Below are positions 28,993 to 43,200 of a stretch of DNA of 64,000 bases, one piece after another. Each line of letters begins with the position of its first letter. Within the stretch, counting starts at the first letter, position 1. Made by a program: the position numbers and the translations under genes. The notes under the pieces were generated by a model. It did not search any database. It was given only the letters and a program-made list of their open reading frames with translations, and was not told the DNA's origin. Origin of the DNA: Paraspadella gotoi (Eukaryota > Animalia > Chaetognatha); NCBI GenBank assembly GCA_051294375.1, contig CM119263.1, positions 26,907,247 through 26,971,246 of the forward strand, read 5' to 3'.

Positions 28993-30579
28993 TGAAAGGA
29001 GGAGGAATGAAAGCATTGGCGAGGATGATAATTAGACTTGTTGAGACTTGACCCATAATGATGAGAGAAACTTAGAGAAAGCGATGAGGGGGTGAAAGTC
29101 ATGGACCAAAAGGAAGACAAAATAAAAATTAATGATTGATTTTCCTGGCCTCTTTCATCAACTGACAAATAAGTTTTTTTTTTACTTTTAAGTCGGTGCC
29201 GTTTACATTTTTGACGACTCAATCTCATCTCTAATAAAACGTTGNNNNNNNNNNNNNNNNNNNNNNNNNNNNNNNNNNNNNNNNNNNNNNNNNNNNNNNN
29301 NNNNNNNNNNNNNNNNNNNNNNNNNNNNNNNNNNNNNNNNNNNNNNNNNNNNNNNNNNNNNNNNNNNNNNNNNNNNNNNNNNNNNNNNNNNNNNNNNNNN
29401 NNNNNNNNNNNNNNNNNNNNNNNGCTGGGTTCACGTTGCTCCTTTATCAAAAATAATAGCAACGAACGAAAAAGAAAACCTTTTTTACCACAGATAACGA
29501 AAGTGATGAATAACAAAAGCNNNNNNNNNNNNNNNNNNNNNNNNNNNNNNNNNNNNNNNNNNNNNNNNNNNNNNNNNNNNNNNNNNNNNNNNNNNNNNNN
29601 NNNNNNNNNNNNNNNNNNNNNNNNNNNNNNNNNNNNNNNNNNNNNNNNNNNNNNNNNNNNNNNNNNNNNNNNNNNNNNNNNNNNNNNNNNNNNNNNNNNN
29701 NNNNNNNNNNNNNNNNNNNNNNNNNNNNNNNNNNNNNNNNNNNNNNNACAAAGTGTGGAACTTTTACTATTTGGCCTTGATTTTGATATGGGTATGGAAT
29801 TACCGGGTTTTCAAACTCTTTCTGTACTTTTCTTTAAAAAAATTATTTGAAGTAATAGAACCTTTTATTTTATAATAAAAATTGGTATCAATGTAAAATA
29901 ATGTTTCAAGAACCAAATTCATTCATTGCAATCATGAATCAATCAATGAATGGCTCTTAAGGGACCCTTTAGCAATTGCGCTCAGCTGCAATGAGCCTTG
30001 AGCTACAGCATTGATGTGTTTAGCGAAAAAATAATTGTTCGCCCAAGTTGATAGGTGTATCATTTATCTATTTCCAGCATTATATTTATTTATTGAGTCA
30101 TTAACAAATCCATAGTGCCAGGATAATTTAATAAATTGGATTTCCCCCTAGTTTTTCCTCTTTGACAAATATCCAAAAAGCAAGAATTACTCCATTAATT
30201 AATCAATAAGAAACGGAATCTCGGTGTCAAATTAAAGGCAAGACCCAACAGATTACAAATCTAAATTTATTCTNNNNNNNNNNNNNNNNNNNNNNNNNNN
30301 NNNNNNNNNNNNNNNNNNNNNNNNNNNNNNNNNNNNNNNNNNNNNNNNNNNNNNNNNNNNNNNNNNNNNNNNNNNNNNNNNNNNNNNNNNNNNNNNNNNN
30401 NNNNNNNNNNNNNNNNNNNNNNNNNNNNNNNNNNNNNNNNNNNNNNNNNNNNNNNNNNNNNNNNNNNNNNNNNNNNNNNNNNNNNNNTGGCACAAAGGTA
30501 TAGTATAGTATTAGTATAGTAATTACGCCATTAGATGAGGAAAAATAATTTTTTTAATCAACAAAGATGGTTTAATAAT

Positions 30580-30628
30580 AATCAGCGCTGATGAAGACTT
30601 GTACTGCAAAATCGAAATATGTCTGATT
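30580..30628 (+). ncRNA. Candidate minimal hammerhead-ribozyme-like motif (Penelope-like retroelement remnant)
   Basis: AATCAG-CG-CTGATGA-(imperfect stem II)-GAAA-TATGT-CTGATT has core boxes and complementary stem-I arms; a second copy lies at ~32183-32231. Confidence 0.35.
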
Positions 30629-31043
30629 TATTGTTACATAAAATTATTACGTTACATTATTGTTTTCTCAACAAGGTCACTTGTTCATGTTTGCTGTTGG
30701 ACACTTTTATGAGCATAACAACATTTCGACAATTTAAAAGACTAAAATTGGTNNNNNNNNNNNNNNNNNNNNNNNNNNNNNNNNNNNNNNNNNNNNNNNN
30801 NNNNNNNNNNNNNNNNNNNNNNNNNNNNNNNNNNNNNNNNNNNNNNNNNNNNNNNNNNNNNNNNNNNNNNNNNNNNNNNNNNNNNNNNNNNNNNNNNNNN
30901 NNNNNNNNNNNNNNNNNNNNNNNNNNNNNNNNNNNNNNNNNNNNNNNNNNNNNNNNNNNTTTTAAAAAATAAGATCATTTTTCTTGCGTTCTTTATACGA
31001 TTTTTCTGGAATCAAATGATCTCAAATTCTCTCCGGATTTCCA

Positions 31044-34000
31044 GGATATCTGACGGAATTGTTCACCGTGGTGATGTCGCAGGTAGAGCGCTCTACCGGA
31101 GGCGTCGTCGGCGAGGCGGCCTTTAAGATCGCCATGTCCATCGTCGCCTNNNNNNNNNNNNNNNNNNNNNNNNNNNNNNNNNNNNNNNNNNNNNNNNNNN
31201 NNNNNNNNNNNNNNNNNNNNNNNNNNNNNNNNNNNNNNNNNNNNNNNNNNNNNNNNNNNNNNNNNNNNNNNNNNNNNNNNNNNNNNNNNNNNNNNNNNNN
31301 NNNNNNNNNNNNNNNNNNNNNNNNNNNNNNNNNNNNNNNNNNNNNNNNNNNNNNNNNNNNNNNNNNNNNNNNNNNNNNNNNNNNNNNNNNNNNNNNNNNN
31401 NNNNNNNNNNNNNNNNNACCACCTTTCGAAAAAACATTTCCAAGTGTCCTAAAAAAACGAACCTTGCCGAGACCTGAAACCAAATTTATATAATTTATAA
31501 TTTATAACAGAAACGAAAAAAGACACATAAATTGATAAAAGCAAAAAATCATAAAACGAAAGCGAAAACAACGACGTGTCTGATGACAGACGGGATAGAG
31601 GGTATTAGAAGAGAGAGGATTTCTTATATATGCTCGACTGGCAATGAAGCCTGAGCTACAGCATTGGAATGTGTTAGCGGAAAAAATAATTGTTCGCTCC
31701 AAGTTGATAGGTGTGACTCATTTATCTATTTCCAATACATTAATATTTATTTATCTGACTTCTTAACAAATCCATAGTGCCAGGATAATTTAATAAATTG
31801 AGGATTTCCCCCCTAGTTTTTTCCTCTTTGGGAACAAATATCGCAAAAAGGAGCATCCAGGAAAATATAACTATACCTCATTATATTATATCAATATAGA
31901 ACAGGTAATGCTCTGGGTGTCAAATTAAAGGCAAGACCCCAACACGAGTAGGCAAATCTAAATATTATTCTACTGGTCTACGACTTAGTGGTTTGGATTT
32001 GGGGTCAGTTTAAAAACGTATAACTTAAAGGTCACATTTCAACTTTTCTTGCGCACAGAAAAAAATTGACGACATGGCACAAATGGTATCAGGGGTAAGT
32101 ATTTAGTATAGCTGCACACACGCCATTAGAATTGAGGTAAAAAATAATGTTTTTTAAATCAGACAAAGATGGGTTTAATAATAATCAGCCGCTGATGAAG
32201 ACTTGTCTGGCAAAATCGAAATATGCTGATTCATTGTTTACAATAAAATTATTAACGTTACATCATTTATTGTTTTTCAACAAGGTCACTTGTTCATGTT
32301 TGCTGTTTGACACTTTATGAGCATGGTGTTAAGTACCTATATACATAGCGACCCGAACTCCTCGAAGAAGAGTAAAACGATACAGTGCTACATATATATA
32401 GCGCGAAGTAGATGAACAAAAATATAATATAGAAAGCTTATATTGTTATATATACGAAGATCATTTTTACAGTATTTCCGTTGATATACGCAATCAGTAG
32501 TAATTCTGAGGAATCAATGTCTCAATTACTCTTCTCGATTCCAGGATGATCTGCGGAAATTGGTTTCGTACCGTGTGAGCCGACAGGTAGACGACGCTCA
32601 GGCTAAACCGGAGCTCGTAGGCGAGGCGGCCTTTAAGACGCCATTCCATTGGTCGATCTTCAACGGGACGGATGCGCACAAGGAGGTAGGGCAAACTGAG
32701 CTCGCGTTCTCATAAACGCGCACACGCCAACAGTATCAGGGTGAACGGGTGAAATCGAAAACGAACAACGAAAACAGACGAATTGACCAACTGACCACAT
32801 AGCGCCCAGACTACAGAACTGACACACCTTCGAAAAAACATTCTCCAAGTGTCCTAAAAAACGAACCTTCCGAGACCTAAACCAAATTTATATAATTAAT
32901 TTATAACAGAACGAAAAAAGACACATAAATTGAATAAAAGCAAAAATCATAAAACACGAAAGCGAAACAACGAAACGTGTCTGATGACAGGATGGTGATT
33001 AGTTCTCGGCTCCAGGAATCTCGTTCAAAAGCAGAACAATTGTACGGCGAAGCGGCGACCATCGCTGACGAGACCTCTCGGGCATCCCACGCGTCTGGGC
33101 TTCAACGGACAAGAGAGCGCATCTGCCTATTCGAGGACTTTGGACACGTGAGCCACGCCTCTTCGATCGCCTAGGATTCAAAATCCGGCATCTCAAGGGT
33201 AAAAAAGGGTGAAGCCACGCATTTAAACTGAATTTAGCGCTGACGGAGAGAGAGTGGACATATTAGTATAGAGTAGTTTATATATAGTTTATTATTGAGA
33301 GAATGCATTATTATGTAACGAGTTATCTATCCTTTATAGCGCCGCCGAGGGACTTGTAAATGGCGGTCCAGGTGCTGGCGATGTGGTACATGATCGCCTA
33401 TATCCATCGATCAACCGAAGACTGTAACGGAATTCGAGAGTTTTTCCTCCATCTTCGTCACTTCGGTGCTGTGAGTGTCGCGATCCGATCTTGCCTCGGG
33501 TGTCGCAGGTTTAAGAGCTCCCCCGCCCCTCGACAGGGCGGCCTAAACTTGATGTCATTCGGGAATGAACGTTGGAACAATTGCTTCGAAGTCGATCCGG
33601 CGAGAGGCGATGATCGAGAATCATCGAGACTCGAAGCCCACATCATTCCACTGGGAACTCGGGATTGCATCCGACAAAGTCGTCGGCGACATCCGCTTCC
33701 GAAGACGTCGTCTTCGCTTTATCCGACCGAGGAAGACGAGATGTCATATTACCAGGTNNNNNNNNNNNNNNNNNNNNNNNNNTCGGACGTTTCTGTTGGT
33801 TTTTAATTTTTGCTCGTGTAAAAATTGTAATGCTATGTGTTTAGTGTAACTTAACCTTCGACCAGGGCTGACGTTGAATATTGAATCTGGGAAAACTTAC
33901 GCTTTGGTGGGAGAATCGGGAAACGGAAAATCCACCGTCGTGCAACTCATCTTGAGGTCAATTTTCATAAAAAAATTTTAACAGAGATGTTATTGCAACA

Positions 34001-37000
34001 GCCGAGATGGGGCATCTCACTGTTGGCTTTGGGGGATTCCGACCCTCAGTGACGCCTCCAGTCACTGGTGCGGTTACCCTAGGACGGACTCGCTTTGCCA
34101 ACGCAGAGGAAAGTCATTAGGAATGTGGATGGAACACAACGTGTGTTCCCCCTCTGAGCCGATGGATTTGGCTGTAGGATGGTGGACGTGAGGCGGTGTG
34201 AATATACCGCCACAACGTATCGTTTAAAAATCAGAGTTTACCACAGTTGGCTTTTCACAGATTATACGATCCCGACGATGGACAAGTGACCTTGGATAAC
34301 GTCAACCTAAAAAATTTAAACGTCGATTGGTTACGAAATCAGATTGGTAACCGATGATGATTTTTTTTCGGTCGGGAGGGGAGAATATTTCTCCTCGTTG
34401 GTAATTCGTTCAGGAGTCGTCTCGCAAATGCCGACAATGTTCTCCGGCACCATTAAAGACAACATCGCTGGTAACATTGTAAATCCCAGCATGGATAAAA
34501 TCAAAGAGGCCGCAAGCATGGCCAATATTCATGAGTTCATAATGGCTCTGCCGCAAAATTACGACACAATGGTAAGTGCTATGGTAAGATCGAGTTACAA
34601 AACAGACAGAGATTAATGACAGTAATGACTATGGTGCCCGTCGAGATGGGTGAAGGTGGCGGCGGATTCTCCGGCGGCCAGAAACAAAGAATTGCTATCG
34701 CCAGAGCCTTTTTGATGCGTAATCCCAAGATTTTGTATTCTCGACGAAGCGACCAGCGCGTTGGACAACGAGAGCGAGAGGGTCGGTGCAAAAGGCACTG
34801 GAAAAAGCGAGAAAAGGTTTGCGCAATAATACTTTGCCAAATTGTTTCTTTCGTTTTCCTTCAACGAGCATTTAGCCACTATAGTTTACAAAATTGGTCT
34901 CCTGTCCCAAATGCGCTTAATATTTTTCGGTGGTGTAGCTGTTTATCTCTTCCAAAATTTCAACTAAATTAATTGCGCTTGAGGCAATCTCACTTAAAAA
35001 AAACTAAAACAGAATTATAATGCGGTTTTTTTTTGTGACTAAATAACGTATGTTATAATAGTTACAGGGAAATCAATTTTTTATAACAGGTTCTCATCTC
35101 GAGAGTCTTGATGCAAAAAAATATACTTAATTTTTTTGATGCCTTACTTTATTACTTTTTTCCCAATGAATTTTTAAAGATTAATTGTTTAATTTTTTTT
35201 TAAATTTTTTCCAAAAAATTGAAACAAAACTATATCTATACCAGTTTTTAATTTTAAAAGGGCTTTATTTAAATTTAATAATTTTTAAATATTTTAAAAT
35301 TGTAATACTTAGCTTAATGCTTCAAATTTTAATTATTTTTTGGACCTAAATGAGGCCCTTTTTTAATTTTATTGGTATTTGTTTGTTTTAAATTTGAAAA
35401 AAAGAAAAAAAAAGTAATTTAGGGCCTTAAATGATAAATTTCGAAGCAAAAATTTAATAAAAGTTATAACATTCAAAGAGCGAAAAAGTTATTAATAAAC
35501 GACACAATTATATAAGAAAGGTTTTAAAAGTCTATAATTGAATTTTGCAATGTTGTTAGGATACGGCGGAACCGCATCTAATTTAGAGTTTTTTGGGAAC
35601 CCAATTCACTCAATGTTATTTTTTTTTTTCGACAGGGCGCGTACGCACACCCTTCTATTGTATCGCTCATCGTCTCAGGCAACCATCACGAGACGCAGAT
35701 GATTATTATCGTCCGACCTTAACAACTGGGAACACATTGCGAAATGTGGAGAATCTATGACCCAACTCAATGACAAATCGAGGAATTGCTATTAACGTCC
35801 GCTGAATCTGGTGTTAGGATGTAGATACAAAAAACAATGGCCGAGGGACATACGAAAAACAAAAAATGAGAAAAATTTTTTCAACGACTCCCAGGTCAAC
35901 GTACGTGTCTCAACGAAGGCCGGACGACCCGAACGCTAGAGCAGACATCAGAAACAATATCTCCCAGACTCTGAACTTTTGCCTCAGGTACCAGCAATTG
36001 CTGAGTCCTTCGACCGTCGTATATTGGGTGATAACAGTGGGCCAAAGTCGTTTGACCACCATCGCCGAAGGATCAATAAATGATCTCCGAGAACCGGGCG
36101 GAGATATCGACGAGGAAGTCGACGAAGGTTCGACAGCCCAATCGAGGCGCGGGAAAATAAGAAAACGAAAAAAAAAACAAATGATATAATTTTCAGTTTT
36201 GCCCCGCGTGCGGAGGCCTTTGCGTAGAAAGGAAGAAACGATTCAATTAAAACAAACGATCTGATGTGTAGGATGTTGAGAATGTGCCGAGAGACGGATG
36301 CCCTTTTGACTCTCGCTCCATCTTGTTTTGTGATAATGACCTGTCGACTGCACGAACACGCCTCGTTAAACGCTCTCTTCATTTTATCCTAAATATAGGT
36401 TTGAGTGAGATGAAATTCATTTTTTTTTCCCCCTTTCTTGCTCGCATTCATCCTTGTTCAGGCCCTCTGTCCGATCCCAAAAAAAACAAGCGATTTCCCA
36501 AAGCCTCTCCTTGGATCTGGTGTCAAGGAGGATTGGCCATTGGTAGTTGCATCAGGTTTCTGGATAGCATTAATTGATAAAAGCATTTCCAGCAAGAGCC
36601 TCCTCCCACCCTACGTTTTCTACACAGCATAACCCTCTCTATCTATCTCCTGACAAAATGCTCCCAAAATCTGACGCAACGCCTCCGAAAGCTGGCCTTT
36701 CGCGCGATCATCCACCAGACACAAGAGTGGCACGACGACCCGGACCACTCCACGGCCCACGTGACTGCTGCTCTTCAGAAAGCGGGCGAGTTGGCGCCCG
36801 CCCTCGTTTTCGAATTCTTCGTTTTTATCATCGAGTCGACGAGCGTTTGTCTCTGCGCCTTCATCCTCGCCCTTGCCATCGCCTGGATGATCGGCCTTCC
36901 TTTTCTCAGTGAGTCTCTCCCTCGAAATCAAATAATGGACGAGCATGTGAATTTACCGAATGATTTTGACGAATTCCTATTTAATTAACAGTTCTCATAC

Positions 37001-38185
37001 CTTTGATTCTCGATACCGTACTTCAATAAGTCAGCACTGCGAACTGAAGTAAGACCAGCAGACCGAAACCCGCGGGTGAGGAAGTAACATCCACTTGCGG
37101 GATGCGTGATCCGAGGTTAGGTAGGAACTTAATGCTAGAAGCTTATGACAGGATGATAGAGGACTGTCATATATAGATGAGTGATGAGTGTTCTGATGAA
37201 TTCGAGTTTTAACAAACGTGTTAATATTAGGTCGCCTTAACTCAATTTTTTATATACCATGAACTACCTCGATCTTTCCCCTAATAAAACCAGAAGGCAG
37301 GAAAGTCTACGCGATCGAAACCACTTCAAAAACATAGCGAATGAGTAAGCAGTTTTGGGCTGGAGCGAATCCGTTCGCTGTCTTCGCGACATATGCAGTA
37401 AAGTCACGCCAGGAAGACAGCGAAACGATCTTTATGCAACAGCTTTGGCCTTTGCCCTGGACTACGGATTCATCGGGAAGGGTAGCGTCCGTNNNNNNNN
37501 NNNNNNNNNNNNNNNNNNNNNNNNNNNNNNNNNNNNNNNNNNNNNNNNNNNNNNNNNNNNNNNNNNNNNNNNNNNNNNNNNNNNNNNNNNNNNNNNNNNN
37601 NNNNNNNNNNNNNNNNNNNNNNNNNNNNNNNNNNNNNNNNNNNNNNNNNNNNNNNNNNNNNNNNNNNNNNNNNNNNNNNNNNNNNNNNNNNNNNNNNNNN
37701 NNNNNNNNNNNNTGTTGTAACAGTGATGTCCATAACCTGTCCAAGGTCAGGGACAAGATAGCTCGTTTTAAAACGAATGGATAATTTTTATATTGGTTGT
37801 ATCAATTTCATAAAGCCAATTAGTCCCTGTACATATATATTATGGTATCAGCTATGGTCGGCGCCGGATACTACATGACCGACATGAGCTACAAGCTTCC
37901 GCCATACTCTGAGGTCAAANNNNNNNNNNNNNNNNNNNNNNNNNNNNNNNNNNNNNNNNNNNNNNNNNNNNNNNNNNNNNNNNNNNNNNNNNNNNNNNNN
38001 NNNNNNNNNNNNNNNNNNNNNNNNNNNNNNNNNNNNNNNNNNNNNNNNNNNNNNNNNNNNNNNNNNNNNNNNNNNNNNNNNNNNNNNNNNNNNNNNNNNN
38101 NNNNNNNNNNNNNNNNNNNNGGATTCATTGACAGCGACCCGACGCCTGACCTTGCGAGTGAAAACTTCCTGCCAGGTATTATGAA

Positions 38186-38229
<44 letters not shown>

Positions 38230-40200
38230 AATTAGTGAGAAACAAACACAAAAGAAAAAAAAGAGACGATACCAAACAACGCCACGCAGATTCGGTGGAT
38301 GGCGCCGTCAAATTCGAGCACGTGGCCTTTCGCTACCCGTGTCGTCGTTTGGCGCGGGTCATTGATGACTTCCACGTCGANNNNNNNNNNNNNNNNNNNN
38401 NNNNNNNNNNNNNNNNNNNNNNNNNNNNNNNNNNNNNNNNNNNNNNNNNNNNNNGCTCCACCCCTCTTCATCATGCTTGATTATGGTGCTCTTCCCGCCT
38501 CCGCTGGCGCCGGCACCAACGCCAGCGTCTGGCGCCGGCGTCCTTCGCACGTGGAAGTCATCAATGAACCGCGGCAGGGGAGCTTTACAAAATGAACCTC
38601 ATCATTATCAATCAATAAATATATACATTTTATAGATTTATATAATAAAATCTAACTTTAGATTCTACGAACCTATCAAGGGAAGGATTCTTCTTGATGG
38701 AACGGACGTGAAAAAGTTGGACGTGAAGTGGCTTCGATCTAACATCGGCCTCGTATCACAGGTGAAAAACAATATTTATTTGCAAATGCAGTTCCTTATA
38801 TTAATAAAGCCAGAAAAGTCCCATAAGGCATAACCTTACTACAACACTTTTTTTAATTAGGACCCGATTCTGTTCACTGGTTCTATTTTAGAAAATATTA
38901 CATTCGGCGAAGGTGGAGAGAAATATTCAATGGACCAAATCGTAGAGTCAGGTGCGTGTCTCTCTCATTCTCTCCCTATCCACCCCCATAATACTAAATC
39001 GGAATCTATGAAGAAATCAATTCCGATAATCAGCTTCGGAGGCAAACTGTCACAACTTCATAAAACGGACTCTCCCGCTTGTCATACGAGCAAAATGTCG
39101 GCTTATAAGCGGAGGATCCCTTTTCGGGCTGTAAAATTACGCATTTTTCGCTGTCAATCGCTCAGTAAGCAGGTTAGCAGCTGCCGCTGTAGGTCCACGC
39201 TTTATTCGACCCAAACAGCAGAGAGAAGATATAAGAACTCGCGAACGTTTTTTCATAACTTCCTCCTAAAGGAGAAGACCAATGCCATCTTCCGTCACAT
39301 GCGTCCCTCTTTTGCAGAGGTTCCAAAAGCAGCGCCTCTGCATCGCCAGCAGCCCTCCTTTCGCACACCGATCATTCTTCTCCTTGACGAGGCCACGAGT
39401 TGCCCTCGCGTGAATTGACTGGCGCTCCGTTGGGGTCCAATGGAATAAATTTGGTATACAATGCTAATGTCTTCTCTCCGCCCTCAAAGATTCTCAGAGC
39501 GAGCAAGGTCGTGCTTCAAGCCGGCTTTCCTAGGACCAAAGTGATAGAAGGCCAGCAACCGTACATCACCATCGCAGCTAGGGCTTTCGACGACTCGTCC
39601 GGCGCAAAACAAAATAGCAGTCGGTGGGTCACGGGTAAAGCCTGACGGTATTTGTTGCCATTGTTCTGTTTACCTTTGAAAACCTAGTACTTTGTCAGTA
39701 TAAGTCACTTTCTCTTTTAGTCGGCTCGGCTCGTCTGTGCCCACATTACCGTTAAAAAATCCGCCATATAATGATAATTTCCGCTATAATGGTCATTGTA
39801 AGAGAGGAAAGACTACCTCAAAATCTAAGTGACTGCTAGGCGCCGCCTTCACCGACATCCTAAATCTATAACACTCATAGCGATAAGCGCAGATAAAGCT
39901 TAATTTTGTTATGCAGTGCTTTATCATTACATAAAGTTTTTTAGTCATGGTCACGTTCATTATGCCCTTGATAAAAAGGAAATACACGTGCAAAATGAAG
40001 TCACTGCGGCGGCAACACATTGGAATGAACCGATCTGTTTGACAAAAAATCCTCTTTTCTGTATTTTTTCAGGTCGAATTCCTTTTGAAATCCGGCGTAA
40101 CCATAAGCTAGCTTAATCGCCAATGAAGGGAGTTTTTATTACGGACTTCACCGCGCATTCTCAGTCTGCAGCCCGGAGGCGGCAGGGGCCGGATTAACTT
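31044..40200 (+). CDS. ABCB1: ABCB1/MDR (P-glycoprotein)-like full ABC transporter; fragmented by gaps and indels
   Basis: NBD1 [77 protein letters not shown]2 [46 protein letters not shown]. Frameshifts look like sequencing noise; boundaries approximate. Confidence 0.8.
33991..34213 (+). repeat. Dispersed GC-rich repeat, copy 3 (ABCB intron)
   Basis: Homologous to 9022-9271 with internal deletions. Confidence 0.85.
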
Positions 40201-43200
40201 AACAGCGGCGAATTAGTCGCAAGTCTAGATTAAAATGATTATCCCACTGTGTGATGAATATCTTTAAATTAAACGAGAGCTTAACTATAACGACTAATTC
40301 GAATACATAACTAAGGTATTTGGCTTAGACAGGTGTAGTTGGCTTGGTAAGAGGCCAAATTTAATACTTTCCCTCTAACTCTGTACTTTTTGAAAGGTAT
40401 ATTTTTGGTACTGGCCCTTTAATTTTTGTTATCGCGGATTTATCTATCGGATTGGGTTCGTCGTTAAAATTACGGAAAAAAATGGAAAAGCAAAACACAG
40501 GCGAAAAAAGTCATTTTTCCTCACCCCCCTCCCACCACCCCCCCCCAAAAAAAAAATTACTTCAACCTTTTTCATCGTTGACTTCGCTAGACGACGACGA
40601 AGACAAAAGTTCGAAGTTTCTCGACGGATAGATTCCATCTCCGCCAACCCAGGGTTCGTTGCTCTGAAAGGTTTTTATAAGCAAAATAGGCTACAATAAG
40701 TGGTAAAGTACAGTAAAACTTTATGCTAAACAACCTGAGATATGCGTCTGTCGTAAGCGGGCCCATTTCTGCGACCGCGTTGGAAAGTCGTTTTCAGGCT
40801 TGGGAGCTCCCACTCTCCTCCGTACGAGATCCCCTCCTCCCCTGATTTTTGAACAAAAAAACCAAAGTTAAAAAGGAACCTCTCAAAAAAATTCGGTTCT
40901 GCTTTGGCGACATGAAAGAAACTCACTCTGCCGTGATCACCCGGCGACGTCCTTTTCCGAGGCCTTCTTGCATCCCCAGAGGACGAAGTGGACTTTTCTG
41001 GACACCGGAGGAAAGATTCCTTGACCGGCCGGAAACCTTGTTTCGCCCCTCCCCGACTTTGAACGGCGGCCTCTTCAGGATCCTGAAAGACACCGCGACA
41101 GGATTCCGAAGCTCCCCGAATCAGAAAGGCAGACCCAAAAACTACCGCGCTTTAACCAGGGCATCATTCTTGGTTTTTGTTTAGTAGTGTTTTTTAATTT
41201 CGAATAGCCCCGTGTGGCGATTTTAAACCGGACTAGCTGAATAAAAATATTACTACGTTATAAAACACAATCGTCAAAATTCGCCTGTTCGCCAAAAAGC
41301 TGGCCAAAAAGAACCCCAAAAAAAAGGAAGGAAAAAACTAGAAAAGGACCGAAAGTCCAAAACCTTTGATCACGATAGCTCCTATTTTTGTTTATATCTC
41401 CATTCCCCACCCTAGTGCGTTGTTAAAATGAACCTAAAAGTGACTAAAATTAATAATACAGAATAAACATAATAAAAAAACAAACAACCCAAAAAAAACC
41501 ACACAATTTACCTCCGATCGTGCTCCGCATTTTTCTGAACAGACTTCAATCGACTCACCCCTTTTCACATCCCTTAAACTTTTCTGACTTTGAACAACAT
41601 GGATGACACCCACTTGGTAGGCCGAACTTAGATAGTATCTATGATATGGATTAGTATGCACAACAGTCAGCCTAAACGAAATTAATAAAAGTTACTTGTG
41701 TAATTTTATAGGATCCCATTGATCTAAGTTATTTTTTTGAAACGAATGAAGACCCTTCTGACTAATAACATCGGCTTACACCTATTTCAACACTGAACAG
41801 CTTTGAGTGCGGCCATCCGGACTGCCTCGCCCGTATAGAGACAAATAGATTGTACGTTTTTCAACGTTTACAATCAGCTTGTCCAAAAGCGGATGAGGAT
41901 TTTCTAAAACGAAGCTCAAACTAGTCATTTTTTTAAAAATCTGATGAAATTGATTTTTCTAAACACTCAAGGAATCAATACACCAACCTTTATAGCCGTC
42001 TTGGATTTCTCGAGTGCTGCAATCTCTTGGGCGCCACTTTTTTGAGGACTTTTTCAAGTACGCGACGAGATCCCTCCAACACGGCGGTTGCTGCCTGCTA
42101 TCACCTCGTCAAGGAGCTTCTTAAGAATTTTAAGATGAAATTTCTTTTCACGAAGGAAAATATTTAGGGAACCACTTGAGCAACTTAGCAGAAGATATAC
42201 AAGGTGATAACGAACAACCCCCGCGCTAGAAAAACAATCAGTGAACGATTCTCTAATCCTTGGAAACATTTTTTTTATAGTAAAAACCAAATCATCTTAT
42301 TTATATATCCAAATATTCATATTTGATTTGTTATGATTTTGACTTGGATATGAGCCCGGCGAAAAAGTTTGCTTTAAAACGTCTTTCATTTCTTTTTTTT
42401 AAAATACTTTACATCAACAAACGCGTGATCAAAATTAATAATATTCTTTTCTGAAAGCTCTTGGAAAATTTTTGAAAAAATTAACATATTTAAAAAATAT
42501 TATAAAAATGAAAATAAACTAAACCAGGCCTTTAATCAACCTCACTCAAATTAATAATAATTAAAATCCTTAAAACACTGTATTACCTATTAAAATTCAT
42601 CTGACCTACTTTTCCCATTGTAATGATCTAACCAATTATTACTATATAAGTTCATTCTAAAAAAGAACTAAAACTCAAATCTACATTATGGCTAACAATA
42701 ATTTTAATAATTATTAAAAACTGCTTTTTACGGGAATTTTTACATTTAATAATTGCTTAATTTTTTGATAATCCTTTTTAAAAGCTGGATGAAACTAATT
42801 TTTATATTATAATATTTTTAATTGTACCCATTACTCTTCATAGTTTTTCTAAAAGGTATTTTTTAAAACGATATTAATATTGATACCATTTTATATAATT
42901 TAATATTTTTTTCTATATGAAAAATTAAAAAATCAGATTTTGATTTATGAAAAAAATCCTTTTCAGATTAAAAAAATATTCACAAGTTTGCAAATGACGA
43001 TTTTTTCTTTGCCAAGCGGCGGCCGGTGTCGTGTGTCCCACCTCGTATTTTCAGTAAAAACAAAAGTCGACAATGGCGAGCGTGTGCACACCGGGAAGTA
43101 CCTGGTTACTTGTTCAAGCAGCCTCCTTCTTGTCTCGAGGTCCTCTACGGAGAGGCCCCGACTCTTCCCTTTGCGGACATTCTCCGGCCCGATTAAGCCA

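Noticed and set aside
29231-31493. ORFs spanning N runs, and ER/SL-repeat ORFs elsewhere
   Set aside because: Artefacts of gaps and (AG)n microsatellites.
31044-40200. ABCB pseudogene
   Set aside because: Frameshifts cluster in noisy gap-adjacent sequence, and the cleaner duplicate of the 3' exons retains largely intact motifs.
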